Part shown: piece by piece, positions 13,151 to 27,611 of the stretch | Numbering within the stretch: position 1 is the stretch's first letter | Layout: every line of letters starts with the position of its first letter | Assembly: GCF_031769215.1 (NCBI RefSeq) | Contig: NW_026782016.1 | Location: 1,054,001 to 1,118,000, forward strand | Source of the DNA: Ylistrum balloti | Taxonomy: Eukaryota | Length of the DNA stretch: 64,000 nucleotides | Direction of reading: 5' to 3' | The notes under the pieces: generated by a model | Database searches by the model: none | The model's input: the letters and a program-made list of their open reading frames with translations, nothing else | Told to the model about the DNA's origin: nothing | Program-made: the position numbers and the translations under genes

Positions 13151-14446
13151 CACGAGTACAGTAGACAGCGGCTGTGACTAATTGCCAGTCACGTGTGGGC
13201 AGCTATCGTTTCCGACGGTGGGGCATGGGGGCCTACTACAAATTTTCATGCATTTTTTAACCGTACCGAATGTGAACAATTAAGTAGATACACCTAATTA
13301 TTTTATTCTTTGATTCTTTTATAATGTGTAAATTATTGTGATCAGCTATATCTATGTTCGTGAAAGTGAAAATGAAAAACACCCGTACACATGTGTGTCT
13401 GTTTTCCTTGTATCAATGATATGCAAGTATTCTAGGTACGTGTTCTAAAATTAGCCTGGTTGGTAAAACCCGACCTTGACATTCGGAGAAAATACCGTGG
13501 ACGCACCTGACAGTTGCGCAGGGCCTGAACCAGGACTTCAAGATCGCCACTGTGGATGTATCCACATGCCAAAGAAATGCTCTGACATAGTGAGTAAATT
13601 AAGAAATAATCTAAATCAAGTGAAATAGTGACGGACATGATGAATATAAAAATGAGAAGCATATTAACATATTAGTTCCTGTTCTGCACCCTTTGGTTTA
13701 TTAGCGCCTTATTGCAGGTTATTAATATAAACAATTGAGATATTTATATATTTCAGTCCAAAGATATTACTTATAGAAGTTTAATATCTTTCAATTCTTA
13801 AAGTTTTGCGCGTAATTATCGATATAAACGAGAAAAAAACCATGTATCCTATATATCCCTTGTTAAAACGAAAGTAGATTGGGTATCATGGACGAGGTCT
13901 CGCCAGCTACGTTAAAGAGGGCGAATTCATTGTCGAATTTGTAATGTTGTTTCCGGGCATAAACATCATATCAGTGGGCTGATTCACTCTGGTCCTTCAT
14001 TTTTTTGTTTCATTGTTTACAACCAACCAGTTAGAAACTTGTTTCTCACAATTTACATAAAATCAGAGAAAATATATCACATGTGTTATATATGTCTCTG
14101 ATGAAATTAAAAAAAAAAAGAAGAAATTGTCTTTGAATGAAACATCAAATAACAAGCTGAAAGGTTCCGACATTTATTCGCAAGTTCATTTTAAAATTAA
14201 ATTCCTCATATATTGTATGATGAGGAATTCTGACTTTCACTTGTGACCAGGACAAAAATAGAATTGTAGGTACACAGACTAAACTAGAAGGTGACAGTAA
14301 CATTAGGTGAGTCTCCCTCACCCTGATGTGGTCACAGGGACACGATGAACAACACATCAACACAGGTTGTCTTGCCTTTCAGTTGCTTTTACTTTACAGC
14401 TGGGATGGTCTGTGGTACCGAATGTAAACAGGAAAGGAGTACTGTA

Positions 14447-14500
14447 CCTCTGCCAGGGATCAAACTCACGACCCCTGACTTCTGGTCCACTGCTCTAATA
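14447..14500 (-). mobile_element. tRNA-derived SINE head fragment
   Basis: Minus strand reads agagcagtggaccagaagtcaggggtcgtgagtttgatccctggcagagg, with a B-box-like gagtttgatcc and the same 3' end as 15341-15405. Confidence 0.4.
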
Positions 14501-15085
14501 ATCATTCCCTCTTGTAGGAAGCTAGAAGACAACCGTATCTCTATGTATAGTACTATGTACAACCTGCCACAATGACATGTATCAGAAAACATACATACAT
14601 GTACAGTACAGTACATAAGTTGTATGCTTTATACATTTTTCGCCATTATAGTATATGACATCTGAAGTACACCTTTTATAAATGTAAAGCATTGCTATTT
14701 TTCTTTTCTCTGTTGACAGTAACCTGTAACCATTCTAATAATACATATATAATTTCAAATATGTAACATCTCAAATGTCCAAAATATGTCAATATGGTGA
14801 AAACAAGACATAAAAATCTTCCATCTGTTTAGAAACATTATAAATTAGCAAATTTTACATGGGGCAAAAATTAATCAAAGCATGGATATTTTAGAGAGAG
14901 GGGAGACAACTTCCAGCATAGATTCAGATCTAGAAGACTATATCGAAAGAGAGAATATCAAGGTACTTTCTTATTGTATGCTGAGAATGTGACATGTTTG
15001 AAGACATTTATCCAACTATTTACAGCTGTTGTCTGTGATGGAGATACTGGTGTTCATTACCACTCAGCTAGAGATAACTTCTCTT

Positions 15086-15175
15086 TAGCTTGATTGGTGG
15101 AGCATTAGGCTAGTAAGCCAGGGGTACTTGGTTCAAATCCTAGTGGAGGCAATGAAATATATAATAACCTCTGTT
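15086..15175 (+). pseudogene. tRNA-Thr(AGT)-like pseudogene/SINE head, copy 1
   Basis: A-box-like tagcttgattggtggagca, anticodon loop CTAGTAA, B-box ggttcaaatcc. The acceptor stem pairs poorly. Confidence 0.55.
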
Positions 15176-15340
15176 TCATTGGTACCCATGTAGGGACCCT
15201 GGAATAATACTTCGCATTTCTTTTGCAAGTACCTCTGTAACCCCTGGGCACTCCAGGACGAGCTATTTCCTAGAGGGGAAGTATGTAACCCTGGTAAACA
15301 CTAGCAGCAAAATACCACTCTGCCAAAGAAAAGTTTTCCT

Positions 15341-15430
15341 TAGCTCGATTGGCTGAGAGTCAGACTAGTAAGCCAGGGATTCAGGGTTTGAATCCTAGCA
15401 GAGGTGTTGAAATATATAATGACCTCTGTT
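15341..15430 (+). pseudogene. tRNA-Thr(AGT)-like pseudogene/SINE head, copy 2 (255-bp tandem unit)
   Basis: tagctcgattggctgagag..CTAGTAAgccagg..ggtttgaatcc, followed by the same aaatatataat(a/g)acctctgtt tail as copy 1. Confidence 0.55.
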
Positions 15431-16416
15431 ACACTTATTTAATTCAGTACATTGCTTCTGATTAATTTAAACATCAGATGGGTTTGAAGGTTGATGATGA
15501 TGTTGAGTGACTTTTGTCTGAATAGCTAGCTCTTTAGGAAACTTTTTTCATGTTTTAAAAAAATGGTTTGAACACCTTCTGATATTTTTTCATTAATTGT
15601 GATATGACTGTAAAGTTAAATATGTCAGTCATTTGATCAAATTAGATAAAGAACATCCTGATGTGAATCCCAAGGACTCCAAATTGCATTAGAAACGGAT
15701 GATCTAAATAAGACGAATAGAGGAAAATCTCTTAAATATATTCTCTGGTGGTCTGGTCTCTGTTGGCAAAAGGGGTATGACACTAAAAGACAAAAAGAGG
15801 TAAATGCATGGATGTAGATCTTGAATGATATAGATTTACTCTTGAGGAAACAGGACTTAAAATTTAAAAATGGCTGGTTATACCTGATCTGCACGTAAAT
15901 TGTGACAAAACGTCTTTAGCATCCTTGGGTGAAGAGGTGTAACTTTGTATAAAAGGAGGATTCATGGTTCATGCTAGGGTAAAAAGAGGAAATAAAGGTA
16001 AAGAATTCTTTTGTTTGGATCATGGGATTTGGAACTTTGGAGTGAGAAGCAAATTCTTGGATGACACGGAATTGCAACCCCTCCACCTTTATCAAAGAAT
16101 CTCCATTGACCCTTCATAAGGGCACAGCAGCAGTGTTAGATAGTATATGAAAATCTTTAAAACATGTTTTTTGTTTATATACAGAAATAGAATTTTCACT
16201 AAAGATAACCAGTTATCTCATAGGGGGGAACGCAGACTTGACTCCCTCTCATTTAATACATGTATTATGCAATAGTTCTTTGAATTCTTCATACTGATTT
16301 TAATATTATTTTTGCTGTAATCAAGTTCACAGTGCCAGTAATACACACAATTGAGTTTACTCTGTACTTGTGTTTTTTTTTTTATCTTGCAGTGATAATA
16401 AGTATAAGTGACAAAG

Positions 16417-19400
16417 ATGGCAGATTGTGAGAAATTGTTAGTTGCAGCTATAGACTTTGGCACTACCTATTCAGGCTATGCATTTTCATTTCGACATGAC
16501 TTTGAAAACGACCCGTTGAAGATCAGTGCCAGTACCTGGAATGCGGGGTCAAGGGCATTAGTGTCCCTGAAAGCTCCTACAACAGTGCTCCTGGACAAAA
16601 ATGAAAAATTCCACTCCTTTGGGTATGAAGCTGAGGACCACTACTCTCAATTAGCAGAAGATAATGACCATTTAGATTGGTACTACTTCCGCAGGTTTAA
16701 GATGATGCTTTACGGCAAAGAGGGTAAAGGTGTAAGTATGATATTTGCCCCATCAAGATATGAAGCTTTTTAATCATGTTATGTATTGATTGAATTTGTA
16801 AAATATCTAAGGAATGATCGGATACATTTTGAAGGAGGATATCATGAGATTAAATATAGAGTGAGTAGAGATGACATTGTTTGAGTAAAGCCTGTGGAAA
16901 ATGTAGTGATTCATTACATGTAGTAACTCTTATTCAAGTAAGAGATTGTAATATGTCATTTATATTCACCATGAATGACAGAGCATTTCAAACATCATAT
17001 TGCATGCTCATGCAAAAGTCAGCTCTGTCTTTTATAATGTCCATAAATGCCTTAACAAGAGTATTGAATTCTTCACATTACCTTCTGATACATATAGCTT
17101 GATCTAAACTAAAAAAGTATTTTTCATCAATAGTGTACCTTGTAATCTATCATGTGAATCAAGCATTGCTGTGTCCATAGCGGAAATAAAGACATTGTGA
17201 TAGTCAAGCACTGTGTGTCATTTATCATACTCTGAATTCCACTTCTTTCTTGTTAGTTATCAATCAAATGTTCTTGTTTTAATGTAACGATACATTTCAT
17301 TCATAACATTATGGTATTTATCTGTATACAAAAGTAAAGCCAGTATAGATTCATTTTAAAATTTGCCATTTTGTACAGGGCCTGTCAAAAAAAGTGATGC
17401 TGAAAGATATCCGAGACAGAGAACTTCCTGCCTTGAAAGTGTTTTCAGAAGCCATAAAATATCTGAAGGGACATTTGCTGATGGCTCTAGACAAGAGAGG
17501 AGCAGGTGTTAAGGAATCTGAAATTGAGTGGGTACTCACAGTACCTGCTATCTGGAATGATCCTGCAAAACAGTTTATGCGAGTAGCTGCTGAAGAGGTA
17601 TGTATTTAACTTTTGCCCAGTCTTTACAGCAAGTGATATTATAACATGCTGGGATGATGTCTGAAGTTAATTCATTATTGCCTTTTACGGTATGTTTTTT
17701 TTTCTTCTAAATATTCTCCGTTCTGGAACCAAAACCTCTTGACTGATAAAAGTACACTATTGGTCAGTATATTACGATAAAGATTAATGTCAATTTTAAT
17801 TGAAATTCTCTTGGAATCATATACCAGAAGGTAGATGTGATAGAGGAAACTTATTCTACACCAGTCCTGTAGATAGTCTACATTTACAAGTCATTCATTC
17901 ATTACATCACTGTAGAAAAATACTTAAATGAAAATTATAAAAATCTTCAAACAGCATCTTCTGACTATCTAAATACCCAAGGGTTTTGATAATCAGCTAG
18001 TAGCTTTGCTTTGATTAAAGTGTTTTTGGTTGTTCAAATAAATGACCTTGACATATTTATAAGGGAGAAGGGCTCAGATTATGTAAAAAAAAACAAATCA
18101 AAATTTTGTATTCTAGATACATGTCAGTGATTTCATGTGAAGAAAACCTGACCAATTACAGACTGATATGCTCCTTTGATGACTACAAAGGAGCGATACC
18201 CATCTTCAAAGCCAGTACAACATACTATAAGTGATATCCAGATTTGTTTAATGTACATCAAATGATCAAATTAGTTTTCTCGCCTTACCCAATCTTAAAT
18301 TTTGCTATGGGATGTTCAAGGACTGCAGGAAGTGATAGTGAGCAAAATCTCTGGAGTAATGAGGAAACTTTAAAGGTCACACAGGTCAAATGTGATTGAA
18401 TCTTTAAACAACCTTTATTGAATAACCAAAAGAACAAGGGTAATTTTTTGTCAGCAATATGCTTGGGTAATGGACTTTTGAGTTTGTATAAATAAATTAC
18501 CTTAATTGATTTTCAACTTGATCATTAGTAAGGGGTTAAGTATCTGAATATAGCCAAGTGAAGTCATTGAAATGACCAAGAGACAATAAAGATCGTCTAA
18601 AAGACACACAAATGAGTAGCAAAAAATATGGTACCAAAGACATAAAAGTGAGTATTGCCTCAAAACAAAATCAGAAGTAGTAAAAGTAGCTCCAAATAAT
18701 GAATTACTGCATCATACATGTTGTTCGTATAGGTCTTGTCAATAATACTAAGGGCCTTATTTTCGAAACTTTGGAGGGAAATGGCAACTGAGGAAAATGC
18801 AAATTAGTAAAAAAAAAAATCTAAAAATCAAAATCTGAATCTAGATGAAGGGGCGCACTAGCCCTAATAATTTTTGTTATTTTCCCTATTAAGGGTTAAT
18901 ATCAGAAAAACGTAAGGTGAATGATACAGGAGTCTTGCTGAGCACCAGGTTGTACCTTAAATGCCAAGGAGTGCAGGAACTGACATTATCAGTGTTAGGT
19001 TTATGTAAATTGTTTATTTGTGCAGGCTGGAATCAAAGGTGACCAGTTGAAAATTGCCCTTGAGCCAGAAGCTGCCTCACTGTATTGTAAAAATCTACCA
19101 GTGGAAAAGTTGGGTGGATCAGGACAGGGCTTCACCTGTTTTTCCAAGGGCAGCAAATATCTGGTGCTGGATGCTGGAGGTAGGTTAAAATGTTCAAATG
19201 TTCCTTGAAACAGGTTTGTTTCATTAGCATCCTCTCTGTAAGCTATGTAATACAGCACACAATGTATTCAGAGAAAAACAGCTTTATATATGAACTCTTG
19301 ATCAAATCAAATATTTAAGCTGAATTTCTGTCTCCTTTTGTCAGCTATAATCATTGAAATTTGCATTCCGAGGATAACATAAAAGTGTCTGAAAGGTATT

Positions 19401-22400
19401 TAGAATGTATCATATAGGTCTAGGAGTTAAAAGGAAATCTTGTTCATGGAAATAGGTAAAATAAGTGTGGTGATTTCCTATCTAAAACAAACATGTGTAT
19501 AACTGTGGTTTACCAGCATCTAGAGAGGATTACATAGATAAAACAAACTGGTCCTCTGTTATATTATAAAGGAGGATTAACAATTTTTGTGTATACCTAA
19601 CAATATAATAATGACAAACATAGAAACCATGTCCTTCCCTGTTAAATGAAAGCTGTATAGAATAGCAGAGCATCAAATTCTTATATAGTTACAGTTGTTG
19701 AAACTGTCGCACTGTTTCCTATGTCAGAGAGACTTTAATACAATCCAAATTCGCAATTATTGCATGTGCAATAATACACAAGGCAAAATGTCATACATCC
19801 CAGACCTGTTCATTAGGTGTTGGGTAACACCACTAGTGAGGTATAAAGATCTTTGTATAGTCTAACAAATTATGTACAATGTAAAAAGAGAGATCGGTTA
19901 CATGTACTATAGGCTTTAAGCCCCTAAACTGCTGTGACAAGAACACTGACTTGTCATTATTGTGCATTGTCATGAAGTCATCTTAGACTAACAGGTGTGT
20001 GTACAACTGCCAGCCAGTGATGAAGTTGCAGACCAAAAGTTGTAATTATATATATATATATATATATATAAAACCTTGTTAGAATCTATTTACATGATTG
20101 CAGCACTTAGCAACTGGTTCAGAATAGCACAAAACTTGTACCAGGGACACCAAATCCTAGACCAAGCAGACAGATGGTGATCAAGTTTGTCTGTTCCTAT
20201 GACATTGAAATCTGTGTTGTGTTTCACTAAGAATTTTCCTTTGGTCTGGCTAACACCCTCATATCCCTTTAATCTGCAATGCCAAAATTATTATTACTAG
20301 CATTTAAGTAGAGAAATTGTCATGCACAACAGATGTGTGTCAGTAAAATCTATTATTTAAACAGATTTGAAATGAAATCTTAAAATCATAACTAATAAAT
20401 ACAGGTTTTTTCTTTTGTTTCTCAGTATTAGGAGGTACTGAAAATTAACATTAGTCAGTTTGAGTATTTATGAGAGTGTTACTTGATATTTAAACAACTG
20501 ACACTAATAAAGCAGTTATTCAATATTCAACAGCTTTTTCCTTATAACACAATTTTTTGTGTAAAATGTTGGCAACTGACAGACAAACTGATAATACTAA
20601 GTGCAAGGTTTTACAAGATGTGGGCTTATGAATACAGTGAGGAAGTTGTATGGCCATCATGATGATATCATTAGGAAATGTTCTATTTCCTTGTACAGTT
20701 TGCTAATTGCTTGGTAATAAGTTTGCCTGGTGGTTCCCTTATATACTTTATTCCCATATATCAGTTGTTGTTGATGAAGCATGAGGCACTCATTCTTTCA
20801 GAACAACTAATCTTATTTTCATTGTAGCTTCTCGGAAGTCTCCATGTCAATATTTCTTCTATTCATTTTGGTCTTAGTCGCATCAAATTTGAGTTTAGAT
20901 TAAGGTCAATTTTACATGTAGGTATTCCCTTTGTTGTAACAGCTGATTCATGATAATGTAACAAGACGTGTCTACTATACTGGGGTTAAATGACATGTAT
21001 ATCACAGTAATGTGCACATATATTGTATATCAAACATGTCACATATAGGGAAGTTATAACCACAGTGAAGTTGGAAAGACAAGTATCTGAATGTTGCGCA
21101 TGAAGCAAAACTTTAATGTACAATGTATATATTCTTCCTGCTTTACAAGGTGAAATTTGAATCATAAATAGTATTGTCACCACAAAATAAATGGTATGGT
21201 GACGGTTCTAGACAGAATGTGGCCACGTGTCTTTATCAATATGATAGCTGTTGGAGAGGATGTTTTGTTCTCTGTGACCAGCCTTTGTATTTGTTTCAAG
21301 CTTTAATCTGTGATGATTTATTGCGTTGTCATATTTCCTTTTCTCTTTTCATTATTGTGATGTGTAATTCCTTAGAAGAACTGACAGCTGGTCATGCCTA
21401 ACATCACACATGCACATAAATAGTTCACAACTTGTGTTTCTCTACAATTCTGTGTCAACAAAAATATGTCGTTTTTTTTCTAAAATCCCAAGGAAAGTAT
21501 TACAAAAATATGTTAAACGGAGCAATTTAAACATGTGTTTTAATTAAAGATATTTTTCACCTGCATATCATGTTATTCTTTAGTGTATTTATTGAGTGAT
21601 TTAATCACTAGATATGAGCTAAAAGATAGTGGTATTAAAGAAACAGAATCTGTGACAGTAAAATCTCTACAGCTGTTGAAATGTTACTTATCACTTGCTA
21701 TAAGGAATAGATTGTCTCCTCTTAAAACTTGTGGATGTGCATGTACATAGAGATTAATAATGTACGTAGGGCTGTTAGGAGAGGTACTATATCTGCCCCA
21801 AAGTGCATGAAAGTGTTACTGTTCTCAGTATGTCTGGAGTTAGATATTTATGTTGATAAAGTGGCGATGTGTTTAATAATATATAGAGTTATCTGGAGAG
21901 GTGCATGTCTCTAATCTGTGATGAAACAAAGTGCTTGGAAATGTTACTATTCACAGTATATGTCAGGAATTAAATATTTTCATTGATAAATTGGCAATAT
22001 AGAAGGTGTTTAATAATGTATGGATGGTTTAATAAATAGAGGTGCATGTTATCTCAAATCTCCAATGAAACATTTTTGAAGGTTTAATCCTAAATATCAA
22101 TAAATTTGCTAGAATATCCTCTTGTATACTTGTCTGGTGAAGGATATGCTGATAAAGGACGATGATATTCAAATGTATACTGAAGTCTAAGGGAGAGCAT
22201 ACAGTTGCCGCTTTGTCCATCAATCCATATGTCTGTTTGTTCGTCCATTTGTCAGTCCATCTGTCATAATTTTTGTCCGGAGCTTAACACAAAACCTATA
22301 ATAGGTATCAACATAAAACTTCATAGGTAGATTGATCTCGACAAGAAGAAGTGCAGTGCATAACAAGAATCATCTCTCTCTTTTGCATAATTTAGGGGTT

Positions 22401-24756
22401 CTTGTCCTTTAATATTTTTCATACTTAAAATATTTCCCATTCGGTAAGCATCACCCATCCCTGACAACCCTTGTCATCAGTTTAGGTCATAAGAAAGATT
22501 CTAGATCAATATTTATTAAAAGCAGAAATATTGAAAAAAATTGTTTTTTCAATATTAAAAATATTAATTTGTGAAATTGCTGAAATAAATAAAATGACTC
22601 CTCCAGGTGACCCTGAAACACTGTATTTTTTCCCTGTTTTCAAGCAATCTATCGCAGCATGTTGGCATATCTGCAAGAAAATGTTATTTTAATTGTGGAA
22701 AATACACAGACGACCCATCCAAAATATCAATATTATTGTTGCCTGGTTGAAAGTGCTATTTACATGTACATGCACTTTACTTCATTAAATCTCAAGAATT
22801 CTTGTATTATAGTTATATTTTGCTTGTGAATACCATATAACCCATGGTTCAGAATAAGTACAAGTACTTGAATTTCTTATGAAATTTCATGTATGGACAG
22901 TTATGAAAGTTACTGTATTATAGGGCTACTGTACTTCCTCATCATGATTTTGACCTTTGATTCGATCACTGGATTTTCCTCTCTTAGGTTTCCAACTTTA
23001 GGTCCTAGAAGGAAAAAGCAGTTGTATGATGCAATTGCATCAATTATTTTATTTAACTACTACGGTATATCTAATATGTAACCAACAGTTGTGTGTGTTT
23101 TTTTGACAATTTTGGTTAGGTGAAACACTCTCAGTACAGTTCAAATTGAATATAATTATGGCTTTTGGGTATTTACTAAGCCAAAAAGTTCATGTGTTCA
23201 CACAGGCTTAATAAATATGAACCACATATGACATGGTGTACTGTAAACCAGGTCTATGTATTTCATATGTTATGTAAGTGGTCATGTAGTCTGTTTGCTG
23301 AATTACCTTTAAACTCTGAAGAGGTTCAAGGTTCTTGACTCTTGTTAAAATAAATGTATAAACTACTAAGTCTACATATGAAGCTGCTGGTGCAGCAAAA
23401 ATAAGCTTGTGTTCAGGAAAGCCACAGGTAATCATAGATTTTTGTTGTTTGATAGAACTATTTCAGAACACCATAATTACCAACATACATTTAAAAAAAC
23501 TAACATTCTGGCCTTAAAATTATCATACCACCAAGCGTCTCCTGTCCTGTACATTTACATGGACACGCTATTGAAATAAATCAAACACTGAAAGTAATTC
23601 AAAGCATTTGCGTTCCACTTTAAACTGTTGTCTTAACAAAGCAAGTGTTTTGAAGACAGAGGAATCCTAATGGTATTCACTTTCTGCAGGAGGAACGGTT
23701 GACATCACTGTGCACGAAGTTGAACAAGATGGACATCTCAAAGAACTGGACAAGGCCAGTGGAGGATCCTGGGGAGGGACTACAGTGGATGAATCATTTC
23801 AACAAATGCTAATAAAGATTGTTGGGAATGAGGTCATGCAGGAATTTCGCAGTGAAAACACTTCTGATTTTGTCGACATGTTTAGAGAGTTTGAGACTAA
23901 GAAACGTACAGTGGATCAAACAACGAAAAATAAGGTAACGATGAAAATCCCCATTGCGCTTAAGGAACTTTTTGAGACAAATACAGGTGAAGACTTAAAT
24001 GAAACCATCGAGCAGACAAATTATAATGGCAAACTTGTGTGGAGTGGGGACAAACTCAGAGTTCATCCAGAAACATTTCGCCAGTTGTTTTCCATGGCGC
24101 TAGATAGTACAATTGAGCATGTACTGGGTCTAATTGCCCAAAAGTCATGTGAACGCACAAGTACAATCATCATGGTTGGGGGATTTTCTGAATCACCACT
24201 ACTACAGTCCAAGATTAAAGAGAGCTTCAGTAAAATGCGTGTCATTATCCCACCAGATGCAGGACTGTCTGTCCTCAAGGGAGCAGTCATTTTTGGTCAT
24301 ACGCCCAGAGCAATCAAAGCCAGAAGGGCCAAGTACACATACGGGGTTGGTAGTAATAGCAAGTTTGATTCCAAAATTCATGATGAGAGCAGAAAGTTTT
24401 TCAATGAAGATGATAAGACTTACTACTGCAGAAATACCTTTTCTAAACATGTCACCAAAGGAGACCTTTTGGAAATTGACGTAGCCCAGAGTGATCAGCC
24501 TTACAGTCCAATGAGTTTAACTCAAACATCAATCATGTTCCCATTCTTTGTATCGGATGACACCAATCCAAAATATTGTGACGAACCAAACTGCGAGCAA
24601 ATTGGGAAAATGTCTGTAAATATACCTAAAGGAAATAAAGTCTCTGACAGGACAGTACGTGTCAAGTTGATCTTTGGAGGAACGGAAATCAAGGTTGAAG
24701 CTACCGTAGAACATACTAAACAAGTAACGGAAGCAACACTGAACTACTTGGATTAA
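16417..24756 (+). CDS. HSPA12A: HSPA12-type atypical Hsp70 (H1, using terminal exon 4a); 4 exons, ~584 aa
   Basis: Exons 16417-16731, 17379-17597, 19026-19179 and 23690-24756, intron phases 0,0,1, all GT-AG. A 5'-UTR acceptor ends at 16392. Motifs VAAIDFGTTYSGYAF, WVLTVPAIW, ALEPEAAS.YC, VLDAGGGTVDIT and MVGGFSES are typical of HSPA12. Confidence 0.93.
20046..20070. repeat. (TA)n microsatellite in H1 intron 3
   Basis: About 12 TA units. Confidence 0.9.
22175..22440 (+). mobile_element. Degenerate non-autonomous DINE/HINE-like repeat in H1 intron 3
   Basis: gagagcatacagttgccgctttgtcc followed by a decayed (GTCC/GTCT)n tract and ...aaaacttcataggtagattgatc; this resembles the microsatellite-plus-core layout of mollusc Helentron derivatives (from memory, not searched). 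Confidence 0.4.
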
Positions 24757-24810
24757 GAAATGAAGGATAAAGTCACCAAAACCTTTGTGTAAATGTGATT
24801 TTAGTTCTGT

Positions 24811-25375
24811 TATTATCTCAGCTGGTCTTAAGGACCAGTCAGTTTATGCCATGGCATGGCATCCGTTGTCCATCCAGTGTTCGACCTTCAATTTTTTTCT
24901 ATAAATTGCTAATAGTCATGAAATCATGGTTACAAGACCTCTAGGGCCTGAGGGTCTAGGTCAATTAGGGGAAACAGGGAAAATCTTTAAAATCCTACTC
25001 CTGTTGTGGGAATGATCGCATTGTGACAAAATTTGGTATGGAGCATTGTTGAGTGAAAGGAAATCAATTTTGTATAAATGATATGGGGCTGGCCTTTTGG
25101 GACTGGAGAGGCAGGGCCCATTAGGGGAAATATAGGAATGACTGGATTTTGCCCATATTTGGATTGAAGCATTGTTGGGTCATTTGAAAACAATTGTGTA
25201 TAAGTGGTAGGTCCTGACACCCTAGGGAAGTAGGAGCAGGACTCATGATACAGAAAATAGAACAAAATCCTTCTTTTGTATGAATCAGACCAATTCTTTC
25301 TAAATTTGGTCTGAAGTATAACTGGTTTTACTCACCCCACGAGGGACAGAGGGTTGGGGCACATTCGGAAAATAC
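24811..25375 (+). mobile_element. Non-autonomous Helentron (HINE/DINE-like) element
   Basis: 5' tattatctca, perfect hairpin ctggtc-ttaag-gaccag (24822-24838), then a decayed gtcc microsatellite and GC-richer core segments (aaatttggt..., ggggc..). Right boundary approximate. Confidence 0.55.
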
Positions 25376-27611
25376 GTGCGTTGCACAATTAATGATCAAT
25401 TACACTTTTCTTCTAACTTATATAACTTTTATCTGGAAATTTAAATTTTGGTGTAATTGTTCTTTCTGGTTTATCAAATAGTAAGGTCCGTTTGATCTCC
25501 ATAACTACAAGTGCATCATCCTTATAGTTCTTGTCTAGGGTATCGCAAGTGGAGTACAGTATATTTAGTTTGAAATTTAAATGGGTTGACTGAATAAAAT
25601 AGAACTTAACAGTGTAATTGTTGGAGAAAGGATATAAGAAACTCGCAAAACCAAGCAATATATGAAAATGTAGGACTTTTGATATACTAAGTGTATACAA
25701 ATATAACGTACTTATGGAAAAGAAACTTTGAAGTACTTTAGGTATTTAAGTCATTAATGAGAATATTCTAAATGTGTATACATACATATATTAGGGTGCG
25801 AAGGCGAAATTAATCAATTATATTATATAAGATATTATATCATGCAATTCTCTATTAGCGAAAGCGCTTGATCTTTTTTTTTCTTAGTCAATTTGATTTG
25901 ATTATTCACATTGATTTGAAGCTTTTGTCAAACGTATATGGTCTGCTATATTTTTTTCAGGAGCTATTATAATGACTCGATAAGTTTTGCTAGTTTTGAT
26001 ATGCTATTGTGATATATATAAGTTTCGTTTTCATCTCATTATCACATTTGCTTATGGGTGATAGCTACTGAGGGAATATTTTCTTTATATGGAAATTATT
26101 CTTCGACTAGGGATAATTTAATTCTGTATTATTACTCGATATTGAGCATGTGATCCCAGGGGTAAAAAAGAAGGAGATTCATTAGAGGCAGGATATCATA
26201 AATAGACTGGAAGAACACAGTTTAAACAAAAGCACAAATATCCAATGAATAGATGTGGGCCAGAATTATGGTGATGAAAACTAATTAAATATTATGGACT
26301 TTATGTTTCATTAACATGAAATTTTTATCTTAATCGATTTTCAAATTTGTGCTTGTATACAGTTATATCAATAAAGAATAAATGTATTGAAAACATATTT
26401 GCGTAAATTTTCTTTGTATGATTTTGAGCATGACATGCATAAATTATGAGACTATTTTCCATGTGCTTTTTTATTCACTATTATGTGAGCTTTGCCTCAT
26501 TTCATTGTAAGCAGTATTGGAATCATGTTTTTTCGTTATTTCTCCTGTACAGTTATTATATTTTTAGAAAAGCCTACATGAGATATAAAATAACACCTGC
26601 CAGTTAAACGTATTTGCAGTAATGTTTTGTTTCTTTTTTTTTTTTTTGCAAACTTGAAAGAGTAAATAGCTTTTTTTCCCAAAAGTGTTCAATTGGAATT
26701 AAAAATTAATACTACATATACACGCTTGGTAATGAGATAAACTAAAATGGAGAACAGTAAGACCTACTTTTGCAATTGAGGAAAGTAAACAGACTCATTT
26801 GTTCAATGCATTAAAAAGGGAACTACAAGAAAATGCTATATTACAACATGAAAGATAATTTGATCAGTTCTATAAAGTTACATTAGCATGAAAGGAGAGT
26901 GTACGTTACCAATCTGAAAAGGACATAAAGGAAATATATTATTCTGCATTGACAAATACATTGCTGTGGTTTTCTTGTTTGATTCATTAGTATGATTGAG
27001 ATAAAAAAGGTAATGTGTCCTAGCCGAAGGAAAAAATATGATGAACATATGGATATACATTTTCGTTGGGCGACTTATGATTTGTTCTGTTAAGACTTTG
27101 CTCCTGTTTCAAAACATTGAGTTGTAAATACGATTCTTACTTCATGATAATAAAGAAGGTGTAACACTGGTTTTGTATTTTGCTCCTATATATTGATCAA
27201 TGGCTCTTGATCATATGATCGATACCCATGGCGATATATGGATCAATATTGGAATATATTTTCCTGGAAAGCGATGCTTATAGACATTGTGAATTCTATT
27301 GCTCCTGATGTTAGGGATTCTATGTGGGAAGGATGATGTCTATTTCATTATAGAAAATAACACTTTTTCATATACAATGTATATCATTTATACATGTGTT
27401 TCAAATGATGGTATTTTTAGCATGGATGGCATTATGGATTTAGAGGTCAGAGATGTCAAATCGGCTTGTCCTTTAGTCCCCGATATGCATTTATGAAATA
27501 TGTATTTTTTTATTTGTTTACCTGGCCATTTTCGTGTCTGTATCATAATAACATGCAAAAGAGCTTCGTTTAACAAGAACTGTCTTAATAAGTCGTCCCC
27601 CTTTTCTGAAG

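Noticed and set aside
15637-16100. LINE ORF2 zinc-knuckle remnant (YPFCQQRPDH...IW)
   Set aside because: Key Cys/His residues are missing and no other motif supports it; too weak to call.
27060-27600. Extremely degenerate exons 1-3 upstream of exon 4b (e.g. GIFSMDGIMDLEV..C, FICLPG)
   Set aside because: Similarity is only a few scattered residues with stops in all frames and no usable splice sites. Even if real, they could not supply exon 4c. A tblastn or HMM search would settle it.
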